Assembly: GCA_023213395.1 (NCBI GenBank)
Contig: CM041465.1
Coordinates: 174,599,741 to 174,663,740, forward strand
DNA: 64,000 bases
Direction of reading: 5' to 3'
Source of the DNA: Cycas panzhihuaensis
Taxonomy: Eukaryota; Plantae; Cycadophyta
Of this stretch, positions 1 to 12,796 are shown in pieces. The notes under the pieces were generated by a model. It was given only the letters and a program-made list of their open reading frames with translations. It searched no databases and was not told where the DNA came from. Position numbers and translations under genes: made by a program. How positions within the stretch are numbered: position 1 is the first letter of the stretch; each line of letters begins with the position of its first letter.

Positions 1-1758
1 ATGGCCATTTAGAATGGATCTTTACTCCTCTTACCCATATTTTGGGCCTATCTTGTCTACTCTACTACACCCCATAAAAACTAATCTAGAACCCTTTCGA
101 GATTACCATCATCAAGATGGACTACTATTCAAGTTCAATTGACTTTGTGTTCTTATGAGAGTACCATGTCAACAACTGCTCAAAGAAGCCCATTCCTCAA
201 CATATGGAGGACGCTTCAGGACACACAAAACCCTCCAATGATACTTTCATTGGCCATCCATGCAGAAGACTGTGGAGTATTACATCAGGCATTGTTTCTT
301 ATGCAGTCAATCCAAACCTTCTAACAGGAAGCTAGGACTGTATCAACCATTACCTATATCAAGGCAACCATTGGAGTCCATTTCTATGGATTTTATTAGT
401 GGACTACCCACCACACAATGAGGACACGACTACATTTGTAATCGTTTGCAGATTTTCCAAAATGACTATATTCATTCCATGCAAAAAGGAGATCTTTGCA
501 TCCTAAGTGACAACAGTTTTTTTCTAGCATAGATGTCGTTTGGCCTACCTCTCTCCATTATCTTTGATAAAGATAGTCATTTTCTTAGCCATTTCTAGCA
601 GTTCCTTTGGAAGATGCTTGGTTGCCAGCTAAAATTTTCAACATCATTCCACCCTTAGATTGATAACCAAATTAAGGTTGTCAATAGAATGCCAGTCCAT
701 GTGCTCTGAATATATCAACACAACAACAAGCAGTGGGACACACATCTGCATCATGTTCAACATAGTTATAACTAAGCTACTCATGTCTCCACTCACCATT
801 CTCCATTTGAAGTCTGCTATAGGTACCAGCTGCTTACACCATGTGAGATACCACTTGTAGTTCCCACTCCTATGACAGGACATGAACACAAGTAGCAACA
901 AAAGGCAACCATTTTTGTTGATCATATGGCCCAAATGCATCATACAATGCAACACATACTACAAAAGACACAAGATAGATACAGAGTGCTTCAAGACCAA
1001 CATTGGGCCAAAGCTTAGTTCCAAGTTGGCAATAAAGCTTGGCTTCATTTGGACACGAGGTGATTTAAGCAACATCACAACCTTGAACCCATCCATTTTG
1101 ATCCCTACGCTATCCTCCAAGCCATTGGACTCAATGCTTTCTACCTGGACCTGCTTGCTCATTTGGGTATCCAAGACATGATCAACATAACAATCTCAAA
1201 TTATATAAAGCACTGCAATTGGAGAACGAGCCTTTGGCCACTCATCCACACAATAGCATCCCAGAGTTTCAACCAGCACTCTAGGAGGACACTTCACTAC
1301 ACACTAGCGAACAGATCACGAGGTAGCAGAAGACTACAACATACTTGGTTGGTAAGAAAAGAACCCTCGCAACCAAAGTGAAATGGATTTTTGAAGCAAT
1401 TTTTCAAACATAGTTTCCCCATCTCCAGTAGAAATTAGGGACAATTTCTTCCTAAGTGGGGAGGAAATGAAGAGCAAATCATAATGTAAGTTAGCATTCT
1501 TTGTATTCTTTTCTCATATTCTTTTACACTTTGTACTATAAGATGCTCACTTAATAGTGAGGTGGAACAATCATTGCATGGACGACAAGTGTCCTTCATG
1601 CACCCCCGCCAAATATGTATATATACTATTGCTCATTTCAAGAATGAATCAATGAAGAGAAGCTTCTTTCTCATGTCTCCATTGCTTCTAAGTGGTTCTT
1701 TTCCCCTTGGTCTCATCCGTCGCCCCTGTGGCATACCATGAGCATACACTAGATATCA
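1..1758 (+). mobile_element. R1: 3' end of a degenerate Ty3/Gypsy (CRM-like) element: integrase remnant, PPT and 3' LTR
   Basis: Integrase remnants are visible (SISMDFISGLP near 377-410; GDKAW / FDPYAIL / GLNAF near 1030-1140). PPT AAGTGGGGAGGAA lies at ~1454-1466 and the LTR starts TGAAG at 1468. The LTR end is uncertain (CA at 1748 or 1758). The LTR shares GAATCAATGAAGAGA with the LTR of G. Confidence 0.8.
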
Positions 1759-2160
1759 CTGGGAATGCTCTTACGAGAAGCTCACCTTAAATAATGATAC
1801 ATACTCTCTAGAGGAGTCTCTAAAAATTCCCAAGAATAGAACAATTAAGCGATAGACTTCAAGAATGGACTTGGCAGAAGACATCAATATACAAAGCATA
1901 ACCAATAGAGGGTTGTACGACTGCAAATGAGAAGCTACAACTTATAGGAGGACCATACAACTAAATGAAGAGGTACATCTTGTAGTAGGGCTATACAACT
2001 ACAAATGAGGAAGTATGACATGTAGGGGGGTGTATGGCTGAAATTGAGGAGGCATAGTTGTGTGCAGAACTGTACAATAAAAAATTGGGCCTTACGTTTT
2101 AAGAGTAGGTCCATATCATTAATGCAAGACAATGTTGCAAGTTCTAGGAGTGTACAATTA

Positions 2161-3085
2161 TTTCAATACCTCTGTTGTGATTTGTTGAAGGCTAGGTGTT
2201 TTCTCCCTGCCTTGAAATGATTCATCGTCTCTATGTTGGAGTTGGGAGATGTTGAAGCTTGAGAACAACCTACACAAAAGAACAAAGAAATCCAAGGAAA
2301 ATATAGGAATACATTTTAGAAAAAACATGGTTTAAGAGACGAGTGCTCCCTTGATTAGAAAACCCAAAAAAATCTTATAAAAAATGAATGAGACAAAGCA
2401 ATTTATAGGGTTCTCTTTCCAATGTGAAACCCTAACTCAATTAAAACCTAACCTATGGTCATTTGCTTAAGTTGAGTCATTGCATATGATGAGCTTTTAT
2501 TGCTAAGAATTACTAGTCGTAAAATCATAGTAAGGCACAACTATGATACACTAGATGCCATGAAGCTTGTCAATTCCTCCATGCTTGAGAGGAAATTATC
2601 CTAATTTAGACATCCCCTTGAAGGTGTGAGAAATCATAGCCCAATGTGGCTTGGGAGACACATTTTGGATGTGATAGAAAAGCACCCTTCTTGCCTACCA
2701 AGTATGTAGTAGTCTATTTCTTCCAAGTGACACAAACTCTGGTATTGAGAACTATAGGAAGAGGCTAGAAATCCAAAATGGTGTCCTTTGGATGTATAAC
2801 TTTTGCTTCCTCCTCTGACAAGAAAAATTCACACAACTTTAGATTATCGTCATTGATGATGTCATGTATCTTACTCACACATGCATGCATCTTTTATTTA
2901 TGTTTTACAAAGATAGTGGCCTTTGGTTGCCCTATCTAACCATGATGGTTAACTGCAAATAGAAGAACCACTATTATCTAATAGGGCACCACTAGCCAGA
3001 ACCCGTAGCAAATCTCAAAGGAGAAATGGCTTGTGGACACATGAACCACTCAGTTGTAGCCATGCTAAACCACCGAAAGCAATCT
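2161..3085 (-). mobile_element. Possible old minus-strand LTR hosting A and C (may continue at 13171-14113 and 15753-16103)
   Basis: A degenerate reverse PBS (TTTCAATACCT, 2161-2171) is followed by TG at 2173. A reverse TATA box (ATTTATAGGG) is at 2401 and the sequence is non-coding. The other end was not identified. Confidence 0.3.
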
Positions 3086-3090
3086 ATCCT

Positions 3091-3468
3091 TGATGCGTAT
3101 TACTCATCCTTATGTTTTGACATTATGTAATATTATGTGTATATTACTGTACTCATATGTAAAGTATATTTAAGTTAGTTAAACAATCAGTCAGGTAGTC
3201 AGAAAGTTAAGTAGCCAGTTAGTTAGGTAGTTAGAAGGTAGTTTTGAAGTGGTTACTGAGCCCTCAATATTAATGAGAGGCCCTTTCATTGTAAAAAAAG
3301 CATTCGCGAACATCAATGTTCATTAATGATCATCTGTAAGTATGTATTTCATGAATGTAAGCTAGATTCTCTGAGATAGTAGAAGAGAATTCATTCTATC
3401 ACCTCTTCAACAATCCCTGTCTGATGGGCAATGTTCTCTGAGAGAACATTCTCCACGATTACATATCA
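3091..3468 (+). repeat. 5' LTR of A
   Basis: Direct repeat of 12797-13165 with TG...CA ends, followed by the PBS. Confidence 0.92.
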
Positions 3469-4245
3469 ATTTGGTATCAAAGCGTTTTTTCCTGAAGGGA
3501 CATTAATTTTGGATTTTTGAGGCTTGTAGGAGGTACAACAACCATACGAGCCTGTATGGACAAGGGAAAAAAGAGTGCTCAGATTTCAACAAAATTTTAT
3601 GAACAAGTGCACCATCATACGAACATCATTCTATCCTAAAGGAGCATCCTCAAGTTTTCACTCCAAAAGCAGGAAAATGCAAAAAAGCAAAGGTGTGGGT
3701 TTGAAGCTTCAAATGCAGATTTCTCTCAAATTTCTCGGTCATTTTCTTGAAACTAGTCTTAATCTCTTCACTTCAACCAACACCATCTTTCAAGTACAAA
3801 TTTGTTGCATTTTATTTCTATTGTTTTAAATACGAGCAAAATTTGATTTGAAACCCTAACTGCCATTCACTGTCTCGAGTCAAATTTCTTTCAAACTAGA
3901 GATCCAATCGGAAAACAGACTGCAGATCTAGATAGGTGCTAAAAAGATCTTGAATCTAAGTCCAACTTTGATTTTTCACTTTTTGGTTATACTTTTCCAT
4001 ATAACTGTACGACTGTATGAATTTGCACAATCCAAGATAGATATTTGTCTTCTAGTGTCTATTCTGACTTTAGATATATTCTCTTGCTGTTTAAAAGCTG
4101 AAAAAAATCTACCTACCATTCTATCAGAAAAAAAAAGGCACTTTCATATCATATTACAAGTTTATAACTATAAGCCCTCACGGCAGGCATACCTCGTAAC
4201 AAAAAATAATTTTTTATATTTATTGAAGTCAATAGTTTGTCAAAC

Positions 4246-5086
4246 ATGGCTCGTAGAGGTAAATAGACTTCTTCCGAGGAAGAAATGGTTGAAGACACTG
4301 AGCAAAGTGTAGAAGAGCCTTCATTGGATTTCACACAAATGATGGAGACCCTACAATGACAAGCAAATGCTCAAGCCCAGATGATGCAGAATATGATGGT
4401 GATGTTCCAACAAATGATGACACAATAGACACAACAAGCATAACAATTCTTACATGATCAATAGACTCAGGTTCCTACAACAGTTTGACGGTTCCATCAA
4501 TGCCAAGACTTTAGATGGATGGTTTCAGAGCCTTGAGGCATATTTTAAGTGCCAAAATCTCATTGACGCACAGAAAATCTATGTAGCAGAGATATATATG
4601 ACTGATCAAGCACTAGTATGGTGGCAAATCCATACTAAAAATTTGCGCACACACTAGAGGCAATCCATGACTTAGAAGATTCAACCCTCAGAAATAGATT
4701 CTATCTAGTTGAATATAAGGATGATCAAATGAAGAAGTGGTTGCACATTCGCTAGCAACCCAAACAATTTGTACAACAGTACATTGACACTTGCCATAAA
4801 TTATCCATTATGCTCAAAGCAACTGATGAAAAAAACATACTCAAATTAAAGTTTCTCTGAGGACTATCTCCATATCTACAAAGGGAAATGGAGTTGCTCG
4901 ATATCCCTTTGTTGGATTATGCTTTTTGCTATGCTCTCAAGATGGAAAGCAAGACGCAAAGGAAGACACCTCCACAACAGTGACATCCACAAGTGCAACA
5001 CAAACAACCTTTCAATTAGAGAAAGGAAAATGATGCAGCAAAACTTTAAGTAGCAGAGAAGGGAAACTACTGCACACTACATAAGT
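4246..5086 (+). pseudogene. gag: gag of A (5' part; continues at 11624-~12300 with the protease)
   Basis: ATG at 4246 and capsid motif FDGSINAKTLDGWFQSLEAYF...QALVWWQ. The zinc knuckle YCTLHK|SYNHSNEEC is split by B. The protease site IIDNGNMNN is near 11872. Many CAA/CAG>TAA/TAG stops. Confidence 0.85.
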
Positions 5087-5649
5087 TGTAGCGAAAATTT
5101 TTATCTTATTTCAGAAATAATACAGAGATTCACAGATATTAATCTAATATAAGCTCAATAGATCTCATCAACTCAAATAATAATGAATATTGGAAATACA
5201 CCATAAACATCGAAGTAAAGTAATGGAAATAGTACAAATAAAAGGTAAATATATTGTCAAAAATAATACTGGAAAGTACAAAAATATGCAATAGAATGTC
5301 CTTACTAAATGCTTGTCCCTTCAAGGCAGGAATCCTCCAAATATCTCAGGCCAAAAGGCCAAGCCAATTGTAGTCCTAGAGCTGAAAATATGGAAGAGAA
5401 CCAACCGAAATGATCCAAAATGAGGGCTTTGATCCCTATTTATAATGGTCAATTATTATCCAGCTTGAAGTCAGCTAGAACTGGGACAATTCACTGAAAG
5501 TGAACCATGAATGAAGTCGGCCAAAAGACAGGCTTACAGGTCAGCTAATACTCCCATTTCTGCACTCATTTTTGGGGGTTTAAGTCGGCTGATAAGCCCC
5601 TAAAGAGAGGGGTTATCTAGAATGCAACAAGTCTCCCCCCTGAAAAAAT

Positions 5650-8600
5650 GCTTTGCCCTCAAAGCATTGGTAGTTTTGGAAACTGTTGTATCAACTCGTC
5701 TGACTCCCATGTTGCATCCTCTACATCCAACATCTTCCACTTTATGAGGCACTCTCTATGTTGTCTTGTTTGAAGTTGCTTGGTTTGAATTTAGAGTTAT
5801 CCCCTCTGGTTCTAGTATAATCTTTCCTTCTTCATTGAGTTCTGGCAAGGATGTCTGTGGTACTACTTTGTCGCCAATCTTTTTCTCTAGGCATGACACA
5901 TGAAAAGTGTCATGGATCTTGCTTGTTGTTGGTAGCTTAAGTTTGTAGGCTAGTCCCCCAATTCTATCAAGTACTTGATATAGTCCAAAATATCAAACAA
6001 CGAGCTTTTGTGTATTCGTATTGCTTAATGATGTTTGTTTGTGTGGTTGCAACTAGAGAAAAACCCAATCATCCTTCTGGAAGCTCCTTTCGAATCGTTG
6101 TGCATCTACTTGCTACTTCATTTTGTTCCTTGCCATCACCAAATTATCCTTAAGAATTCTAACCATGTCTTCCATCTACTTTTGGTGTTCTTGAACAGCC
6201 TGAACCCGGGACGATCTGTTCCATGTCAATAGAGATGGCAGTTGGTATCCGTAAAGAGCCCGAAAAGGTGTCATCTTGGTGGAAGAGTGGTATGTTGTAT
6301 TATACCACCACTCAGCTAAGTGCAACCACTTGTGCCACTGGTTCTATTTATTCGAGCAGAAATTCCTTAAATAACCTTCTAGACATTTGTTGACTATCTC
6401 CGTCTGTCCATTTGTTTGAGGATGATAAGCTATGCTCATGTGCAATTTCATACCTACAATTCTGAATAAGTCCTTCCAAAATTTACTAGTGAACTTTGGG
6501 TCCCTATCGCTAACAATAATTTTAGGAAACCCATGTAATCTATGGATTTCTTTCATATATAGTTTTGCAATGTCACTTGCATTTGTTATTAAGTGTAGCT
6601 CTAAAAAATGACTATATTTTGTTAATCTATTGACCGTGACAAAGGTCGCATCTTTACCTTCTGATTTTGGAAGACCTGTAATAAAATCCATTGAAATTTC
6701 TTCCCACTTTTGGTTGGGAATTGGTAAGGGTTGTAGACTCGACTTATTTACATATTCTACCTTGTTTCGTTGACAAATATCGCATTCGGTCATGAATTTT
6801 TGAACGTCTAATTTCAAGCCCTTCCAAAAGTATGATGTTTCTATCTTCAAATATGTCTTGTCTATACTAGTGTGGCCTGCTTTTGGGACTGAATATGCTT
6901 CTTGCAATATAATTCCTTTTAATTTGGAATTTTTGGGAATACATATTTTTCCATTCCTAAGAATCAAATCGCCCTTTTGCTGGTATCTATCTGAATTGCT
7001 TCCCTTGATGTTATCTAAGAGTTGTTGGTATCTTGGATCTGCCATATATTCAATTCTGGTGGATTATAGCCATGAGGGCGTAATTGTTCATATCAATTGT
7101 AATGAAGGACCTTCCTTTGTTTCATCTAGGATTCGTGATAATACGTCTTCTATAATATTCTCTTTGCCTTTCTTATATACTATCGTGAAGTCAAAATTCT
7201 GCAACTTACTGACCCATTTTTATTACTCATCAGACAATGTCTTCTGTCTGAGAAAGTATTTCAGACTATCATGATCCGTGCACACTTGAAATGAATTCCC
7301 TAGTAGATATTGTTGCCATTGTTGGATGGCATGCATGATTGCGAGCATCTCCTTATCATAAGTTGGTTTGAGTTTTTCTCTGTCATTCAACTTTCGACTC
7401 TCATAAGCTAATGGTTGTTCATCTTGGAGTAAGACTGCCCCTATTCCAAATCCTGATGCATCACATTCCAGTATGAACGGTTTTGAAAAATCGGGTGTTA
7501 CCAAGATTGTGTTAAATATGTTGAACACTTTGCAAGTGTTACATGGGTATAGGTATCACACTCGAACCCCTTTGTGGGGGTCTGGGGGCCCGTTGTAGGG
7601 CCCTCGGCTGGGGGTCTAGGGGGACCAGCGGCCCCCCAAGCGGGGGTTCAGGGGCGGGATCCCTCGAGAAACATTTTTAGGTGTCTTATGGGGGTCTTTG
7701 TCGGCCCATGATTTATGCCCATTGTATTGTAAAACCACAAGGCGGTACCTTGTAATGTTGTGTCTATATATTCTTATGTAACGGCACATGTAACATCAGA
7801 TGGATGTAGATGAGTCGAGGAGAAGAGTTGGGGTTTATTCATCTCTGTAATTCTTTAGCGATTGCTCAGATTAATAAAAGGTCTATGCTTAGACCTGAAT
7901 CTCCCGGTGTTCTTTATTGAGTGCTTGACTTGTTTATGTTATTAGTTCTTTGCATGGTTTAAAAGTTCTGTTATCACATTGTTTCTGCGATTATATTTTT
8001 CTCTTCGAGCTATTACCATGGATTTCTTTAGATAACCAAAAGCTTCTTCTTCTTTTGGGTTCCAAGCAAACACACCTTTCTTGGTTAAGTCTGTGAGTGG
8101 AGTTGCTAAGTGTGCATAACCCTTTATGAACTTCCTAACAAACCCTGTTGTCCCCAAGAACCCTCGAACTGCTGTAACACTTGTTGGGGTTGGCCAATTG
8201 ACAATTGCTTATATCTTCCTTGGGTCAATCCTTGTACCTTCTCTAGTTATGATATGGCCTAAGTATTCTAGTTCTTCCTTTGCAAATGAACATTTCTTCT
8301 TGTTGGCAAGGATTTGATTATCACGTAGAATTTCGAAAATGATTTTCAAGTGTTCTAGATGCTCCTCCTAAGTTTTACTGTAGATTAAGATATCATTGAA
8401 GAAAATTAACACGAATTTGCGTAACACTTGCCTGAAGGTATTGTTCATGGTGCTCTGAGAAGTCGCTGGTGCATTCATTAATCCAAACAACATTACCTTG
8501 AATTCAAATAGGCCTTCATGCATTTTGAACATTGTTTTGTACATGTCTTCTTACCTTATCTGAATTTGATGATACCCTGGGCATAGGTCAATTTTTGAAA

Positions 8601-10593
8601 AGTACTTTTCTCCATAGATTTCGTCCAATAAGTCGTAAATGTGCGAGATCGGATACCTGTTCTTGACTATTAGTTGATTGAGACCTCAGTAGTCCACACA
8701 CATTCTATATGAGCCATCCTTCTTTGGGCTAATAACAATTGGAGATGCAAATGGGCTTGTGCTGGTAGTAATACTTCCTTGGTATAGTAGTTCCCTTGTG
8801 ATTTTCTTGATTTCTTTCCGTAAATGATATGGATGCCTATAGAGTTGAATGTTGACAGACGCTGCACCTGGTATAAGTTCAATTGCATGTTGATTTTGTC
8901 GAAGAGGCAGTAGTCCTTTCGATTCATTGAACATTGTCTTGTACTCTTCTTAATTTGTTGAACCTCTGGTGAAATATCCTCAATTTTGACCTTATAGCAT
9001 GTCATAATGTATGTTGATGGGCTTTTTCTAAGGAGCTTCTCCATTCAGTGTAACAAATCCAATTGTACTGGTAGCGTTGTCGGTGCCTACAATCTGTATT
9101 TATGTCCTCCCTGGCGAAAACACATAAATCTGGTCATACAATTAGTGACTACATTTCCTAGTGTTTGAAGCCATTGAATTCCCAATACCATGTCCATGTC
9201 GTTGATTTGCATTGTGAACATGCATGTGCTTGTGGAATATTCGCCCATTTGTAAGTTGAGTTTTCTGTAGAAAACTCCACACAGTGTTGTTTTCCCATTG
9301 GTGATTGATACTTGGAATGTGTTTATTGGTTCTATTTTAATTCCAAGCTTCTTTGCAGTTGCCCTATTTATAAAGTTGTGTGTACTGCCACTATCGACTA
9401 GTATTGCGACAGGCGCCCCTTTAATCATCCCTTAGAACTGGAGTGTTTGAGGGGTGACACTTTGTCCTGTAATTGCTTGTAATGAAATGTGTACGTTTTC
9501 TGTATCTATTCCAATAGTTCGATGACTTCATCTTCTTCTGGCTATTCTTTGACTTCTTCATGAATTTCTTCGAGTGCTTCTTCTTACTCTGATATTGTCG
9601 TGTCTTCGGTATTGATCATGTATACCTTTTTCCCAGTGCATTGATGTTCGCAGTTCCACTTCAAACCACATTTGAAATAAGTTCCTTTCTTTATATGTTC
9701 TTCCTTTGTTGTTGTCTCTTGATTATTTCAAACCGCTAATGGAGCCTCAACTTTAGTTCCTGACCTGTCCCAATTTGGGTTAAATCCCTGTGAGCTTTCT
9801 GTTTTGCGTGTGAATGTAGGTCTAGTCTCCTGCAATTCTGCATCCACGCATCTTTCTGTCTTGATTGCTGAATCCAATGTTGGTACCTCCATTGATTTTA
9901 GACGATATCTTATTGGAGGTTTCAATCCGCTAATATATGTTTCCAGAAGGAGTTCTGGTGGCACTGTTAACAGAATCAGACATTGTAACACCTGAAACTG
10001 TTCAATAAACTCCTAGACCGAGCTTGTTTGTTGTAATCTTGTCAACTAAGTGAAATAATCCGTACTCTATGAATCTTCATATTGGGTTATGAGACCCCGC
10101 TTCATGTTGTGCCAACTTTCTGCTTGTTTTCCACTTGTTCGAAGCTAGCACGAATACCATTTCAAAGCTTGACCGTACAAATATAGTGATGCCAAGGATA
10201 CTTGCTCATTTTCTGGTATAGCATAGACTGAGAAGTAGGTCTCCATTTGTAAAATCCATCCCCTTATATATCTTGATTTGTCGAGGTCAAACTTTTCCAA
10301 GGTGACCTTTGCCATTGTTGTCCCATCGTTACTTTTTCTCCTTTGATATTCTCCTCCTCTTTTAAATCTTCCTTTGAAATTACTTGTATTTTCCTGTTCT
10401 ATTTTGCCTAGAGGATTCAGGTTTATCCATTCCTTTTCTTGTTTGGCCCATATTGTTTTGCTTGTGGTCCATCTAGCTTGAGGTTAATTTTGTTGATGAA
10501 GGTCGTGAGGTTTGCTAAAGAAGTTAGGATTTCCTTTCCTACTTCGTCTGTGGTGGTTTGTTCCTAACTAGATTGGCCTTGGGCAGTCGACAT
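5650..10593 (-). pseudogene. gag-pol of B (frameshifted, with stops)
   Basis: ORF fragments: 9728-9991 gag, 9087-9428 PR, 8686-8934 RT, 7223-7528 RH, 6344-7045 INT. Confidence 0.93.
7510..8006 (+). mobile_element. S: ~497-bp LTR-like fragment (truncated solo LTR) inside the RT-RNase H junction of B
   Basis: It is absent from homolog D (AAGACTG|GAGTTGTTACC near 36480). It starts TGTTAA, has a G/C-rich block at 7561-7666 and a TATA-like CTATATAT at ~7764. There is no terminal CA and no TSD. Confidence 0.65.
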
Positions 10594-10834
10594 CTTCTTT
10601 TGCTGTGTAATCTTCTTAGAGTGTAACTCAGTTTGGGCACCTCTCAAGATCCACGAGTGGGAGGGTGAGAAAAAATTTCACTTCCTTCTTGCCAAATTAT
10701 CGCCTTCCTTCCTTGTAGGGCTAACGGTTGAGAACGTGAATGGACGGTCTTGATGCCCCTCCGGAAAAAATTTCGACTATATTCTCAGAAAGCACACTTC
10801 CACAGGATAGCTTCAATGAAACTCTGATACCACT

Positions 10835-11074
10835 TGTAACGAACCATTACACCAAAACCTCGAGGTGTTAGTGAAGACCACCCAAGTGTGTAACATTTCC
10901 TCCCCCACAAGGCGTTGACATCCTGACGACCCACTTTTGGTGACCCACTCTCGGTAATTTCGCATCTCATCGAGCCCTGGGAAAACATTGCTATGCCGAC
11001 ATTCTACCGAGGTCGTCCTCTCCAAGGTCGTCCCCTCTGAGAATCGAACCCATGACCTTGGCTCTGATGCCACT
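10835..11074 (-). mobile_element. T: TRIM-like unit (PBS, short internal region, PPT, 61-bp LTR) embedded at the PBS of B
   Basis: On the minus strand: TGGCATCAGAGC (11072-11061), internal region, PPT GGGGGAGGAAA (10906-10896), mini-LTR TGTTAC...GTTACA (10895-10835), then a second PBS (10832-10821). It is absent from D. Confidence 0.8.
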
Positions 11075-12796
11075 TGTAACAGAAACTTTTATCTTATTTC
11101 AGAAATAACACAGAGATTCATAGATACTGATCTAATATATGTTCAACAGATCTCATCGATCTCAAATAATAATGAATATTGGAAATACACCATAAACACC
11201 AAAGTAAAGTAATGGAAATAGTACAAATAAAAGGTAAATATATTGTCAAAAATAATAGTAGAAAGTACAAAAATATACAATAGAATGTCCTTATTGAATG
11301 CTTGTCCCTTTGAGGCGAGAATCCTCCAAATATCTGAGGCCAAAAGGTCGAGCCAATTACAACCCTAGAGCCAAAAATATGGAAGAGATCCAACCAAAAT
11401 AATCCAAAATGAGGGCTTTGGTCCCTATTTATAATGGTCAATTATTATCTAGCTTAAAGTTGGCCAGAACTGGGAGAGTTCACTGGAAGTGAATCATGAA
11501 TGAAGTTGGCCAGAAGACAGGCTTACAGGTCGACTAATACTCCCATTCCTGCGCTCATTTCTGGGGGTTTAAGTCCGCTAACAGGCCCCTAAAGAGAGGG
11601 GTTATATGGAATGCAACATAAGTCCTATAACCATTCCAATGAAGAATGTTGGAAGTAGAAGGAGCAATGCAAAGCCAAAGCAAAGACCTTGGTATTTGAA
11701 GAAATAAACAACACAACGAATGAAGAAAATAACATGTCAAACGAAATACTTGTTACAAATCCGATGGTAGTAAATCCCAATTTAGTCTTGATGGCAAAGG
11801 ACTATGATGTTTCAGCCAAAGAAGCATTATTTACCCATAATTGCTAAATTAAAAACCGTATGATACTGTGCATTATTGATAATGGCAATATGAATAATCT
11901 GGTATTGGAAAAACTTGTTAGGGAACTCAATCTCTCTACATAGCTTCATCCCAATCGCTATACACTTGGATGGGTTCAAAAACAAAGGGGAACACCACAA
12001 ACAAAGATCAATAGAGTTTGTCATGTAATATTTGCAATAAACCCTTATATAGACACAGTCCCTTTTGATGTAGTTCCCATGGATTGTTGTGAAATACTTC
12101 TAGCGAGACCCTATTGATATGATAGAAAGGCAATATACTATGGGCACACTAATGTATATCATTTATAGAAAGACAACAACACTTATGCACTTCAATCTTC
12201 ATCCTCTCCAATTACTTCAAGAATGAGTACACAACCTACTAGACTCACCAATGTTGTTTGAGAAGGTACCAATCTATTTGTGAGGCCAATCTCTACACTA
12301 GCCACCGCACAAATACAAAAGTTTCTTCATACAATTTCGCCAACCAAGAAAGGCAATTCCTCATCAATCAAGAGATCTATCTAAGCGTAGATAGATCATT
12401 CTCATAGCTTGCCAATGAGTGCACTTCCAGTAGGTTTACACCCAACATAGGTCACACAACACCACAGTGTGCTAAATATATGCCACATTGAGGAAGGGTA
12501 CAATTAAATAAACCCTACTCCTTGTGATGATTCTTTAGGGTCCATTGGACATACACCTATAGAGGCATTTCACTTAACGACTACCGGTGACAAGCCTAGA
12601 CATGTAGCTAAAGATTGTTGAGCAAGATTCCTCGACCCCATCAACAACACTTCTTGATACTAGACAATCTCATCCAGCATCGTCTCATGCCCTAGTAAAC
12701 AAGAAGAAGACATGGTCCAACCCATCATTTGCAGATTTCTGCTTATCAGTAGAGGATTAAGAAATTGAGGACAATTTCCTCTAAAGCAGGGAGGAA

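Larger units (their letters stand above)
5087..11618 (-). mobile_element. B: full-length degenerate Ty3/Gypsy chromovirus (same family as D), inserted into the gag of A
   Basis: LTRs at 5087-5629 and 11075-11618 with a perfect TSD TAAGT. PPT complement at 5630-5641 and PBS complements at 11061-11072 and 10821-10832. Domain order is gag-PR(VDSGSTHNF)-RT-RH(ECDASGFGIGAVL)-INT(SMDFITGLP). Confidence 0.95.

Noticed and set aside
7510-8006. Helitron or MITE explanation for the TSD-less insert
   Set aside because: There are no TC...CTRR ends, no A|T target site and no terminal inverted repeats.
11030-11072. tRNA gene suggested by AAGGTCATGGGTTCGATTCTC on the minus strand
   Set aside because: Only a T-arm or B-box-like piece next to the PBS is present, with no D-arm, anticodon arm or acceptor stem.
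11118-11441. Recurring hydrophobic ORF (also at 28493-28807, 39421-39678 and 5139-5324) as a membrane protein gene
   Set aside because: It lies inside the B/D LTRs. It recurs because the LTR is repeated, and T-rich sequence yields hydrophobic translations.
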